Source of the DNA: Candidatus Uhrbacteria bacterium
GTDB taxonomy: Bacteria > Patescibacteriota > Patescibacteriia > 2-12-FULL-60-25
Assembly (NCBI GenBank): GCA_903918235.1
Contig: CAIXDN010000041.1
Coordinates: forward strand, 22-64,021
Direction of reading: 5' to 3'
DNA: 64,000 nucleotides
Position numbers and translations under genes: made by a program. Position 1 is the first letter of the stretch. Each line of letters opens with the position of its first letter. The notes under the pieces were generated by a model. It saw nothing but the letters and a program-made list of their open reading frames with translations. It was not told the origin of the DNA and did no database searches. Positions 1 to 9,177 of the stretch are shown here, piece by piece.

Positions 1-270
1 TGTCAACCACTTCAAATCACGCTTCACTTCCTCAACAGAAGCACGGCGGCCGATCAAACGCTTTACCGAGAACAAGGTGTTCACTGGGTTAACGACACCT
101 TGGCGCTTGGCGATTTGTCCTGCAAGACGCTCCCCTGTTTTTGTGACAGCAACAACAGACGGAGTGGTGCGTGCACCCTCTGCATTTTCTAATACTTTTG
201 GCTGGCCACCTTCTACGACGGCAAAGCAGGAGTTTGTGGTACCGAGGTCGATTCCGAGAATTTTAGACAT
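1..270 (-). CDS. dnaK: Chaperone DnaK (Hsp70), N-terminal ~90 codons; gene continues past the left edge
   Basis: Minus-strand ATG at 270-268 followed by [42 protein letters not shown]...RLIGRR, the canonical Hsp70 N-terminal ATPase signature. The frame is open to position 1. Last gene of an hrcA-grpE-dnaK arrangement. Confidence 0.95.
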   Translation of the reverse strand, partial: MSKILGIDLGTTNSCFAVVEGGQPKVLENAEGARTTPSVVAVTKTGERLAGQIAKRQGVVNPVNTLFSVKRLIGRRASVEEVKRDLKWLT

Positions 271-282
271 AAGATTATTTTG

Positions 283-750
283 TTATGAAGTGATGATAAC
301 GCGAGCAGGACGTAGAACTTTTCCGTGGAGAGACCAACCATCTTGGATGACGCGGAGAATGGAGCCGGGCTCTGAGCCTTCCGCGGCTTCTGTTCCGGCG
401 GCGTCGTGGAGCTGAGGGTCAAAAGGACCATCGACAGAGATGCGTGTGAGACCGACGGACTGTGCTGCTTGATCCCAAAGGGATTTCACGGCCTTAATTC
501 CGACCAACCAGTTCTCATATTTCTTTTTCTCTTCCGGCGATAAGGACGTCATGTCTGGAATGTAAGTGAGCGCGAGATTATACTGATCGATTGCTGGCAG
601 AAGTTCCGAGAGCAAACGCTCGTTGGCGTATTTGGCAAATTCCGCTTTCTCGCGTTCTGATTCTTTTTTCAAGTTTTGATAATCGGCTTGCGCGCGCTTC
701 CAACCAGAGAGATATTCTTCGCACTTTTCGCAATTATTTTGTTCATCCAT
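283..750 (-). CDS. grpE: Nucleotide exchange factor GrpE
   Basis: 155-aa ORF with a coiled-coil N-terminus (QADYQNLKKESEREKAEFAKYANERLLSELLPAIDQ) and a C-terminal beta domain (ILRVIQDGWSLHGKVLRPARVIIT) typical of GrpE. Lies between hrcA and dnaK. Confidence 0.9.
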   Translation of the reverse strand: MDEQNNCEKCEEYLSGWKRAQADYQNLKKESEREKAEFAKYANERLLSELLPAIDQYNLALTYIPDMTSLSPEEKKKYENWLVGIKAVKSLWDQAAQSVGLTRISVDGPFDPQLHDAAGTEAAEGSEPGSILRVIQDGWSLHGKVLRPARVIITS

Positions 751-752
751 AT

Positions 753-1430
753 TTATGTATTTAGTACTTCGATAGCGGATACAAGATGTGACATGGCTTG
801 TTGATAATCCATACGAATTGGTCCAAGGACGCCGAGCATAACATTGTCAGGACCTTTGGCAACTATGGCGGCGCAGGCAGGTCCAAATGGACAGTCTTCT
901 CCGAGGAGCACTAGAGGCTCATCAAATGAAATGCGTTTTAATCCGGCGAGTGTTTCATCTAAATGTTCTAGCAGACCTGTGAGATGAATGGCGTTTTGCC
1001 AGTTACGGAATTCCGGTTGAGCGAGTAATTGTGAGAGGCCAGTAAAATACGTGTTTGCATCCTCCGTGGCAACAATCGAGGCGAGTCCTGTTAATTCTGC
1101 GAGCTCGCGAGCAACGGCCTTGAGCTTGTGATCAGGCTCCATCTTGCCGGCTGCGGCTTCCAGGCGCTCACGAGAACGTTTTGGCGCAGGCTTTGGAAGC
1201 ATCTCCTCTACAAATTGCTTGAACGCTGCTTCTGTTGGAATACGTCCGCCGGAGGTATGCGGTTGTTCAAGAAAACCGAGCTCATCGAGCTCCGCAAACC
1301 AGTTGCGGATCGTTGCGGGACTTACTTCCAATGTATATCGCTTCACCAGATGCTGTGAGCCAACAGGCTCTGCTGAGGCGATATATTCCCGAAGGACGAG
1401 GTGTAAAATTTGTTGGAGGCGTTGATCCAT
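753..1430 (-). CDS. hrcA: Heat-inducible repressor HrcA, short form (225 aa)
   Basis: N-terminal winged-helix signature RLQQILHLVLREYIASAEPVGSQHLVKRY...SPATIRNWFAELDELGFLEQPHTSGGRIPT. First gene of the hrcA-grpE-dnaK operon, with a CIRCE-like repeat immediately upstream. Confidence 0.85.
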   Translation of the reverse strand: MDQRLQQILHLVLREYIASAEPVGSQHLVKRYTLEVSPATIRNWFAELDELGFLEQPHTSGGRIPTEAAFKQFVEEMLPKPAPKRSRERLEAAAGKMEPDHKLKAVARELAELTGLASIVATEDANTYFTGLSQLLAQPEFRNWQNAIHLTGLLEHLDETLAGLKRISFDEPLVLLGEDCPFGPACAAIVAKGPDNVMLGVLGPIRMDYQQAMSHLVSAIEVLNT

Positions 1431-1434
1431 GTAA

Positions 1435-1488
1435 TTAGCAGTCTAATGACTTGATTGCTAATATAGGATGATTGGGAAACGTGGTCAA
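1435..1488 (-). promoter_or_regulatory. hrcA-grpE-dnaK promoter with CIRCE-like operator
   Basis: Inverted repeat TTAGCAGTC-N9-GATTGCTAA at 1435-1461 (CIRCE consensus TTAGCACTC-N9-GAGTGCTAA; arms complementary at 8 of 9 positions). On the minus strand it follows TTGACC (1488-1483), 17 nt, TATATT (1465-1460). Confidence 0.7.
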
Positions 1489-1500
1489 GGGTAGCCATCC

Positions 1501-1545
1501 AAATACAAACAGGCCCCCGTCCCGACTAATGTCGAGACAGGGGCC
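1501..1545 (-). terminator. Intrinsic terminator after the high-GC two-gene cassette
   Basis: GGCCCC...CGAC-taat-GTCG...GGGGCC nested hairpin (1512-1545), followed on the minus strand by TGTTTGTATTT. Confidence 0.5.
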
Positions 1546-1550
1546 GTCAG

Positions 1551-1862
1551 TCAGAAGCAGTGGCGTTGACCGCCGAGTGATCGGAGAGCCGTAAGCTCTC
1601 CGATGGTTTTGAGAGCTTCACTCTCTTCCCCGGGCGCGGGGTGGCGTCCAGCGTTCTCCGGAAGATCCGGAGCCACGGCGTTCTCCGTGCAAAAGACGTA
1701 GGGTGGATAGACGACTCCGAGAATGTCGTAGTCGTCGCCGTGATTCCCGCAGGGAACATCTGGTAGAACACGATCTCCGCAATCGAGACAGACCGCAGGA
1801 ACTCTGACGATGTAGGCGGCTCGGAGCTCTGCCTCGGTTGGCATTCTCTTATTGTCCGACAT
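1551..1862 (-). CDS. Hypothetical protein (103 aa from MSDNKRMPTEAEL...), Cys-containing, high GC
   Basis: ORF track frame 1551-1874. The internal ATG at 1862-1860 overlaps the upstream stop codon (TGATG). Contains C-x2-C and a later Cys/His cluster (CLDCGDRVLPDVPCGNHG). No family recognised. Confidence 0.55.
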   Translation of the reverse strand: MSDNKRMPTEAELRAAYIVRVPAVCLDCGDRVLPDVPCGNHGDDYDILGVVYPPYVFCTENAVAPDLPENAGRHPAPGEESEALKTIGELTALRSLGGQRHCF

Positions 1863-2062
1863 CAGAACCAGCACTCCGCGCTGATCTCGTTCATCGCTCG
1901 AAACACGTCTTCGGTGCTCGGCGCCGAGTCTTCATTGGACTTGGGCAGCTGGACCGGAGGATTGCTCTTGATACGAACATTGATGACTTCTCCGGAGGCA
2001 CGCTCCTCGAAGGCGATGTCGCGTGCCGTCACGCGCTTTCCTGGCATGGGTCTTGAGGCCAT
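1862..2062 (-). CDS. Hypothetical protein (66 aa), high GC
   Basis: ATG at 2062 preceded by GAGGAG about 13 nt upstream and by its own promoter. The stop TGA (1864-1862) shares one base with the next ATG. No family recognised. Confidence 0.5.
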   Translation of the reverse strand: MASRPMPGKRVTARDIAFEERASGEVINVRIKSNPPVQLPKSNEDSAPSTEDVFRAMNEISAECWF

Positions 2063-2095
2063 TCAAACTCACTTTCTCCTCAAAGAGGTTGTGGC

Positions 2096-2124
2096 AGAAT
2101 AGCGAAATACGACCTTTTTGTCAA
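2096..2124 (-). promoter_or_regulatory. Sigma70-type promoter of the two-gene cassette
   Basis: Minus strand TTGACA (2124-2119), 17 nt, TATTCT (2101-2096). The -35 box overlaps the stop codon of the 157-aa ORF. Confidence 0.5.
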
Positions 2125-2594
2125 GCGTCAGCCTCCAACATGAGATGAATCAGATGCTGAATAGTCGCGTTCACCAGTCCATCCTGTTCAATCAATAGTC
2201 TCGGGTCTCCCTTTGGAAACCACGTATGAATCAAAGCGTTGATCTGTGCATCAATTATGATGCCTCGGTTCCATTCTCGAAGCCAGATACGATCGACTTC
2301 GTTGAAGCACAAGATGATCACCGACGATTGCTCATTGCGCTCGTTTGTCGCATAGAAGGACAACCATGATGAATGTCCGATAAACGGACGCCGGCTCACA
2401 CCCAGTGCACACACATAATTACCGTTCTTATGCCTGTACTCGATACGCGGATAGTCCGGAGTTCCTTTGTTCGCCCACTTATAGCGCAGCTTGGTGACGC
2501 CGAGTACTTCCAGCGTTGCGATGATGCGCGCGAGCCCTTTGTGCGGAACTAGCTGAAAGTACGTGAAGATATCCAATTCGAATTCATCTTTCAC
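2121..2594 (-). CDS. Hypothetical protein (157 aa)
   Basis: GTG start at 2594 with AGGAGG 7 nt upstream and TTGACA-17 nt-TAAACC further upstream. No recognisable motif. Confidence 0.55.
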   Translation of the reverse strand: MKDEFELDIFTYFQLVPHKGLARIIATLEVLGVTKLRYKWANKGTPDYPRIEYRHKNGNYVCALGVSRRPFIGHSSWLSFYATNERNEQSSVIILCFNEVDRIWLREWNRGIIIDAQINALIHTWFPKGDPRLLIEQDGLVNATIQHLIHLMLEADA

Positions 2595-2682
2595 GTGATA
2601 ACCTCCTTGTGTAAATGTGCCGACTCGGTTTAACTGATTTTTTCCAATTTGTCAACGTAATCAGGCACATTGCCATGCGCCC

Positions 2683-3915
2683 CTACTCGTAGCGGAGGGC
2701 CTCGATCGGTGAGAGCTTGGAAGCGCGACGGGCAGGATTATAGCCAAAAATAATACCGATGATTGCTGATACGGAGAAGGCGAGGAATATCGAGCTGCCT
2801 GATAAAATAAATGTCCAGCCAGTTTGGAACTGATTGAGAATCTGGATTGTTAGCCAGGACAGTACGACTCCGGTGATAATTCCAATGATTCCGCCAATGG
2901 AGGTGACGGCGATTGCCTCGGCAAGGAATTGGCCCATGACATCGGCACTTTTTGCTCCGAGCGCTTTACGTAACCCAATCTCCGAAGTGCGTTCTGTTAC
3001 AGTAACGTACATAATATTCATGATTCCGATACCGCCGACCACGAGCGAGATTGCTGCGATCGAACCAAGCAAAATAGAGAGCACTTGCCCGATCGTGCCC
3101 GCATTTTTTTGTGCGTCATCTTGCGTTGCTGTTTTAAAATCATCCTTTGCTAAATCGCCTTGCGGATTATCAAGCTTGTGCAAATCACGAAGGAGGAATC
3201 TTACTTCTTCTTTTGCTTGATTTGGCGTTATGTCTTTTGGGATGAGGCTGATAAAATTGAGATGCTCTTTATTGTACTGATCCATCGCCGTTGTTGCAGG
3301 GATGTAAATAAGATCATCGAGCTTTGTAAAAAATCGCGTTCCTCCTTTTGCTAGGACACCGATCACGCGAAAGTTTTGTCGTTTGATCTTTATCATTTTT
3401 CCAACCGGTGAGTCATCGCCATAGAGCTGTTTCGCAATATTGTTTCCTATTACGGCAACTTTTGCATGACTATCAAGATCATCCGTAAACAAAAACCTCC
3501 CCTGCTCTATCGTTGATGAAAAAACCTTGATCTCATCTGGAGCAGAACCCCAGACGGAAACGTTCATATTCTCTGCACCGTATGTTGCTACTGCCGTGCT
3601 TAATACCGTCGTTGTAATTGAGCTAACCCATGGTTGTCGCTTTAGCTCCGTGTAATCTTTATAGGTCAACGTTAATTTTGTTAGCGGGTTTGGTCCACCT
3701 CCTCTTTGTGCACCACTACCGTTTGTAATAATGACGACGTCAGAACCAAACGATGCAACATTTGCTAATAGATAACGTTCCGCAGCTTTACCGATTGATA
3801 GCATCAGGATTACGGAAGCGATTCCAATAACAATTCCGAGCATCGTTAACACGGCTCGCGCTTTATTGCGTAAGAGGCTTTTTACGGAAATAGAAATAAG
3901 GTCCTGAATTTTCAT
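2683..3915 (-). CDS. MacB/FtsX-family ABC transporter permease (copy 2)
   Basis: 410 aa with an N-terminal TM (RAVLTMLGIVIGIASVI), a large extracytoplasmic domain and a C-terminal FtsX 3-TM bundle (MNIMYVTVTERTSEIGLRKALGA). Paralogous to the adjacent ORF. Confidence 0.85.
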   Translation of the reverse strand: MKIQDLISISVKSLLRNKARAVLTMLGIVIGIASVILMLSIGKAAERYLLANVASFGSDVVIITNGSGAQRGGGPNPLTKLTLTYKDYTELKRQPWVSSITTTVLSTAVATYGAENMNVSVWGSAPDEIKVFSSTIEQGRFLFTDDLDSHAKVAVIGNNIAKQLYGDDSPVGKMIKIKRQNFRVIGVLAKGGTRFFTKLDDLIYIPATTAMDQYNKEHLNFISLIPKDITPNQAKEEVRFLLRDLHKLDNPQGDLAKDDFKTATQDDAQKNAGTIGQVLSILLGSIAAISLVVGGIGIMNIMYVTVTERTSEIGLRKALGAKSADVMGQFLAEAIAVTSIGGIIGIITGVVLSWLTIQILNQFQTGWTFILSGSSIFLAFSVSAIIGIIFGYNPARRASKLSPIEALRYE

Positions 3916-3916
3916 A

Positions 3917-5134
3917 TTATTCTTTGCGTAGCGCCTCTATTGGGCTTAAGCGTGAGGCTTTGCGAGCTGGCGCGTACCCAAAAACGACACCGATCGTTGT
4001 TGAGACAAAGAATCCCAGCGCCATGCCTGTTGTTGAAATAGCGAATGACCAACCACTTTGAAAATTTGAGATAACGATTATCGCAAGCCAAGAAAATGCG
4101 ACGCCACAAAAAACACCAATCAAGCCACCTGTTCCGGTGAGCACGATTGATTCAATTAAAAATTGCGTTAATACATCCTTGCTACGAGCGCCCAGCGCTT
4201 TGCGTAAACCGATTTCTCGTGTCCGCTCGGTTACGGAAACGTACATGATATTCATGATGCCGATTCCACCGACCAGGAGTGAGATCGCTGCAATCGCTGA
4301 GAGCAGCATTCCAAGAATATCCGTAATCTGGGTTGCTGTTTTTACCAACTCCTCTTGGGACATGGCATTAAAATCATCCTCTGCGCCCAAATCGATATTA
4401 TGTCGTGAACGTAATACATCCTGAATATTACGAATCCCCTCCGTGACGGATGCAAAATTTGTTTTTATGATCACTGCTTGAACGTACTTTTTGTTATAAA
4501 TATCCATCGCTGCCGTAACCGGTATATAAATATTTCGATCAACGTTATCCATTCCTCTTGTACCTGTTTGCTCCATAACGCCTATGACACGAAAATTTTG
4601 TCGGTTGATTTTAACGGTTTTTCCTACCGAATCATCATCTCCAAAAACATCTTTTGCTATCTCGCTTCCAAGGACAGTAACCCGGGAACGCGCGTCTACA
4701 TCTTCTTGTGACACGAAGACTCCTTTTGCCGTTTTGATGTTATAGAATTTTATTTCATCTGGCATGGTTCCTGATACTTTTCCATCACGCTCGAGGCCAT
4801 TTGCTACGAGCTTATCTGTCTGTTCGATACTTGCTACGACCTGACTACTCCAAGTCTTTTGTTGGATGGCGCGAGCGTCTGCATAGGTTAAGGATTCTTC
4901 TGAAAAAGCTGCGGTAAATGCTCCTTGCGTCGGTGGTCCATTTTGGACGATAATCAAACCCGTACCAAATGAATTTACCGTGTTAACGATGTAACGCTGA
5001 GCTGCTTCTGCGATCGATAAAACAAGGATCACTGATGTGATACCGATTACAATACCGAGCATCGTTAGTGCCGTGCGTCCTTTATTACGTCCGAGACTAT
5101 CGAGTGCAGATTTTAGCAGGTCGCGGATGTGCAT
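3917..5134 (-). CDS. MacB/FtsX-family ABC transporter permease (copy 1)
   Basis: 405 aa with the same architecture (MNIMYVSVTERTREIGLRKALGA). There is a 1-nt gap to the next permease. Confidence 0.85.
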   Translation of the reverse strand: MHIRDLLKSALDSLGRNKGRTALTMLGIVIGITSVILVLSIAEAAQRYIVNTVNSFGTGLIIVQNGPPTQGAFTAAFSEESLTYADARAIQQKTWSSQVVASIEQTDKLVANGLERDGKVSGTMPDEIKFYNIKTAKGVFVSQEDVDARSRVTVLGSEIAKDVFGDDDSVGKTVKINRQNFRVIGVMEQTGTRGMDNVDRNIYIPVTAAMDIYNKKYVQAVIIKTNFASVTEGIRNIQDVLRSRHNIDLGAEDDFNAMSQEELVKTATQITDILGMLLSAIAAISLLVGGIGIMNIMYVSVTERTREIGLRKALGARSKDVLTQFLIESIVLTGTGGLIGVFCGVAFSWLAIIVISNFQSGWSFAISTTGMALGFFVSTTIGVVFGYAPARKASRLSPIEALRKE

Positions 5135-5138
5135 GAGA

Positions 5139-5876
5139 TTATTTTTTTAACTCCGTTGATCCGAGCTGGTGACGATCGCCATTTGTCCGACGATCTCCAA
5201 CGAGGAGACCATCGCGCAAGGTAATGATGCGCTCGGCGTAGTCAGCGGTATCGGTCTCGTGCGTGACGAGAATAATCGTGTGTCCCTTTTTTAGGTTCAG
5301 CTCCAACAAGGTATCCATGACGGCTTGGCCATTTTTTGAGTCGAGGTTTCCCGTTGGTTCATCGGCAAAGATCACGGAAGGCTTACGCACGAGGGCGCGC
5401 GCGATTGCGACACGTTGACGCTCACCGCCGGATAGCTGGTTTGAAAGGTTATTTACACGATGACGCAATCCGACAATATCAATTGCCTCCATTGCCATGG
5501 CATCGCGCTCGCCAAGAGGGACGTCCGAGTATAAGAGTGGAAGCTTTACATTATCGAGGACGGATGTTTTTGGAAGGAGGTTGAAGGATTGAAAAATAAA
5601 TCCCACCTTTTCTCCGCGCAATGTCGCAAGCTGATCATCTGTAAATCTTGAGACATCGCGTCCTTCAAAAAAATATTTCCCGCCCGTGTGCACATCTAAG
5701 AATCCAAGAATCTGCATCATGGTTGATTTTCCGGAACCAGATGGACCCATGATTGCCACAAACTCGCCTTGCATGATGTCAAAGCTCACGCCATGCAATA
5801 CAGGTGTCGCAACTCCGTCGTTGAAGTACGATTTTTTGAGGTCTTCTATGCGAATTACGGGTTCAATTTTGGACAT
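5139..5876 (-). CDS. ABC transporter ATP-binding protein (MacB/LolD-type)
   Basis: Walker A GPSGSGKST, signature LSGGERQRVAIARAL, Walker B VIFADEPTGNLD. Confidence 0.9.
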   Translation of the reverse strand: MSKIEPVIRIEDLKKSYFNDGVATPVLHGVSFDIMQGEFVAIMGPSGSGKSTMMQILGFLDVHTGGKYFFEGRDVSRFTDDQLATLRGEKVGFIFQSFNLLPKTSVLDNVKLPLLYSDVPLGERDAMAMEAIDIVGLRHRVNNLSNQLSGGERQRVAIARALVRKPSVIFADEPTGNLDSKNGQAVMDTLLELNLKKGHTIILVTHETDTADYAERIITLRDGLLVGDRRTNGDRHQLGSTELKK

Positions 5877-5885
5877 ATCGCCCTT

Positions 5886-7757
5886 TTAATTTCCTAATTT
5901 TGCGTCTGCTGTTAGTTTTCCGTATTCATCTGCCGTGACTTCACTTACGATCACGATCTGCTTATCGCTTAAGCCACTTACAACCTCGGCGCGACCTTCA
6001 TCGCCACGGAGACCGAGCTCAATATCCGCATCTTTTACAATACCGTTTTCAATGGTACGGACATATCGTTTACCGTTAAGTTCACGGATGGAGCGCGTTG
6101 GAATAACAAATGCATTTTCACGATTTCCTGTTTTCACGATCAAGTTTGCTGTCATTCCAGGTTTGATATCGCGTCCAGCAGCGTCAATCGTCGCATACAC
6201 TTTGTAGTAGATTGCATCGGAAACTTTTGTTTGATCCGGATTTTCTGAGATAACGGTGCCATTGAATTTTACGCTATCGCCAAAAGCATCGAGCGTAATC
6301 TCTATCGATTGACCAGGAAGAACTTTTACAATATCGGCTTCTGGTACAAGCGCTTCCACGGAATATCCCTCGGTTGAAACCATTTTTACGGCTGTTACGT
6401 TTGCGGTTACTTGTTCTCCGATACTTGGAATAATGTCCGTTACAACCCCATCAACTGGTGCGATGATTTGTACGTCGGCAAGGCGTTCTTGTGCTTGCGT
6501 GTATGCCGTTTGTGCATCGAGAAGCTGGGCTCGGAGACCAGCGACATCAACGGAGCGCGGTGGGGCTTGGCGCAAGTCGAGTGTTGCTTGCTGAATCGCG
6601 AGATTTGTTTCTGCTGTTTTTACTTTAATCACGAGATTCTGTTGAGCGATATCAAAGTTCGCCTTGGCGGTGTCATAGGCGATCTGCAAAGAATCTTTTG
6701 ATGACGTTTGAGTGATTCCTGAGGAACGAGCTGTTTCAATGTAGCTAGTGATGCTTGTTAGGTTTGAGCTAATGCTCGAGCGATCTCCATCAATGCTCGC
6801 TTTCTTTGCAGAAAGAGAGGCGTCGCTCAAATTAATACTTGTAATAGAACCTGCGAGTACTTTTTGAACTTCATCGAGATATTGCTGTGTTTTACGTAGT
6901 GCGTCTTGAGCCTGCTCTCCAATCTGAAGCACTGTTTGATTAGGCGTTAACGATGAGAGATTCCTTACAGAAGCATCAACGGCATTTACTGCATTTTTTG
7001 CTATTGGGTATGACTGCTTTGCACGGTCGAGAGAATCTCTTGCGTAAATGCCAAGAATCCCCTCATATAAATCATTTGCTGATGTATTATCAACGCCGAT
7101 TTCTGCATCGCCATCAATCAAGCCGGAGTGCATCGGTCCCATCACACCCTGGAGCGCGGAGCGAAGATTGGCGTAGGCTGCGGAAACGCTTTGGTCTGAT
7201 GTAGCGCCGCTGTTTTCAAAATCACTCTTTGCTTTAGCCAAAGCTAGTTCTGCGATGCGTAATTCATTCTGAACATTCTGACGTGTCGTGTTTAGATCTG
7301 CGGTTGCTTGATCAACCTGAGCCTGAGCGATCGCAACGGTTTCTTTTGTTTCACCAGCTAGACGTGCATCAAGATTTGCCTGCGCGATCGCAAGTGTTGC
7401 ACGAGCATGCTCAGAAGCAAAATGAAGATCTCGATTCTCTAGCTGAGCAATCACATCTCCGCGCTTTACAATCGAACCAACTTTTTGACTAATACTTTCA
7501 AATGGCGCTGTGCTGGAAAAGGCGAGGTTTAAACGAGCATCTGGCTTAATTTCACCAGTTACCTCTACGGTTTGGACGACATTCCCCTTTTCTACCTGAC
7601 GTGTTTCATAAAATGGGCCGGCATTTGTGTTGCGACCAAAGAAATACCAGCCACCAAAAGCGAGGACAATCGCGATTATCCAAAACCATTTGCTCTTGAG
7701 AAAAGCGAATCGGCTTTTTCTTGGGGCTTCAAACTGTTCTTGCGTGTTCTCGGGCAT
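5886..7757 (-). CDS. HlyD/efflux periplasmic adaptor (membrane fusion) family protein with a long coiled coil
   Basis: 623 aa with an N-terminal TM, a lipoyl-like motif (GEIKP...VKRGDVIAQLE), a long Ala/Gln-rich coiled coil and a C-terminal beta-barrel (GMTANLIV). First gene of the ABC operon. Confidence 0.8.
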   Translation of the reverse strand: MPENTQEQFEAPRKSRFAFLKSKWFWIIAIVLAFGGWYFFGRNTNAGPFYETRQVEKGNVVQTVEVTGEIKPDARLNLAFSSTAPFESISQKVGSIVKRGDVIAQLENRDLHFASEHARATLAIAQANLDARLAGETKETVAIAQAQVDQATADLNTTRQNVQNELRIAELALAKAKSDFENSGATSDQSVSAAYANLRSALQGVMGPMHSGLIDGDAEIGVDNTSANDLYEGILGIYARDSLDRAKQSYPIAKNAVNAVDASVRNLSSLTPNQTVLQIGEQAQDALRKTQQYLDEVQKVLAGSITSINLSDASLSAKKASIDGDRSSISSNLTSITSYIETARSSGITQTSSKDSLQIAYDTAKANFDIAQQNLVIKVKTAETNLAIQQATLDLRQAPPRSVDVAGLRAQLLDAQTAYTQAQERLADVQIIAPVDGVVTDIIPSIGEQVTANVTAVKMVSTEGYSVEALVPEADIVKVLPGQSIEITLDAFGDSVKFNGTVISENPDQTKVSDAIYYKVYATIDAAGRDIKPGMTANLIVKTGNRENAFVIPTRSIRELNGKRYVRTIENGIVKDADIELGLRGDEGRAEVVSGLSDKQIVIVSEVTADEYGKLTADAKLGN

Positions 7758-7781
7758 AGATGTTGTTATAATTATATACCT

Positions 7782-8012
7782 TTACTCTCCTAAAGCCGAA
7801 TTCATCTTTTCGTACATCGCCTTCATAAAATCTTTCATTTGGTCAGCCTTAACGAGACATAGAGGACCGTCGCCATGTTGCATCACCACGAGACGTGCTC
7901 CAGCCTCTAGGCCAAGTTTTTCACGAAACTCTTTCGGTATCACGACTTGACCACGCTCTCCGATCACGGTTGAACCAAGCAAATGCTCCTCTGGGTTAAA
8001 GCAATGTTTCAT
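7782..8012 (-). CDS. AbrB/MazE/SpoVT-family DNA-binding protein
   Basis: 76 aa with the swapped-hairpin motif GERGQVVIPKEFREKLGLEAGARLVV. Directly upstream of the efflux operon. Confidence 0.7.
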   Translation of the reverse strand: MKHCFNPEEHLLGSTVIGERGQVVIPKEFREKLGLEAGARLVVMQHGDGPLCLVKADQMKDFMKAMYEKMNSALGE

Positions 8013-8110
8013 AGAGTATGAATGGTATGAATTATAGGAAAGATTTTTTTTGCTGTCAAGCGTACGGCTAGCCTGGACAGAATGCTAAAAATTAGCTATA
8101 CATAGCGCTT

Positions 8111-9169
8111 ATGGAAACCTCTCTCTTTGACTATCCCCTACCTCCGGAGCGGATCGCCCAGAAACCAATGGAACCGCGTGAAGCGGCAAAGCTTTTGGTG
8201 CTTGATCGAAAGACGGGTGCCGTTGAGGACAAACATGTGGGTGATTTGCCTAGCCTTTTGCGCAAGGGCGATCTTTTGGTTTTTAATGATTCGAAAGTGT
8301 TTAAGGCGAGACTCACGGCGGAGATCTATGGAATGCATACACGTGAAGCCGGAAAGAAGGTTGAGATTTTCTTGTTGCGTCCGGAAGGAAGTCTTTGGCT
8401 TGCGCTCGCGAGACCTGGAAAGAAGTTGCACGTAGGTTGTCGTGTGATGTTTGCTGATGGGAGCAAGGCGCGCATCATGGGCAAGCGTGACGATGGAACG
8501 GTTGATATCGATTTTGGTATTCACCCCGATCGCGTTTTTGATCTCGCCGATCAATTTGGCGAAGTACCTGTGCCGCCCTATGTGGAACCGACGGCGGAAA
8601 ATACTTCCGTGTATCAAACAACGTATGCAAAGAACGTTGGATCAGTAGCGGCACCGACGGCGGGGTTTCATTTTACGAATGCGTTACTTGAAACGATTAG
8701 AAATAATGGAATAGAAACAGCGTTTGTTACTTTGCATGTTGGCGTTGGAACATTTCGTCCAATGAAGAGCGAAACGCTTGAGGAACATGATATGCATGAG
8801 GAGTGGGCGCAAGTTCCGGAAGAGACGGCGGTAATGATTCAGAAAGCGAAACAAGAAGGAAGACGCGTGATCGTTGTTGGAACAACGGCAATGCGTGCAT
8901 TGGAAAGTTGGGCAAAGGTTCAAGAGATTAAGCCGGAATTGCTGGGAAAGAATGGTGAATGGAGCGGGTTCACAAATTTGTTCATCACTCCGGGGTTTGA
9001 GTTTAAGGTTGCCGATGGATTGATCACGAATTTTCATTTGCCAAAGTCGACATTGATTGTTCTCGTGTCTTCTTTTGCAGGACGTGAGCAAGTGATGCAT
9101 GCGTATCAACATGCGATTGAGAATGATTATCGATTTTATTCTTTTGGGGATACGATGCTGATTACATAG
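8111..9169 (+). CDS. queA: S-adenosylmethionine:tRNA ribosyltransferase-isomerase
   Basis: 352 aa. N-terminus LFDYPLPPERIAQKPMEPREAAKLLVLDR, plus VPPYV, SVAAPTAGFHFT and GTTAMRALES motifs typical of QueA. Confidence 0.92.
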   Translation: METSLFDYPLPPERIAQKPMEPREAAKLLVLDRKTGAVEDKHVGDLPSLLRKGDLLVFNDSKVFKARLTAEIYGMHTREAGKKVEIFLLRPEGSLWLALARPGKKLHVGCRVMFADGSKARIMGKRDDGTVDIDFGIHPDRVFDLADQFGEVPVPPYVEPTAENTSVYQTTYAKNVGSVAAPTAGFHFTNALLETIRNNGIETAFVTLHVGVGTFRPMKSETLEEHDMHEEWAQVPEETAVMIQKAKQEGRRVIVVGTTAMRALESWAKVQEIKPELLGKNGEWSGFTNLFITPGFEFKVADGLITNFHLPKSTLIVLVSSFAGREQVMHAYQHAIENDYRFYSFGDTMLIT

Positions 9170-9177
9170 AACGAAGA

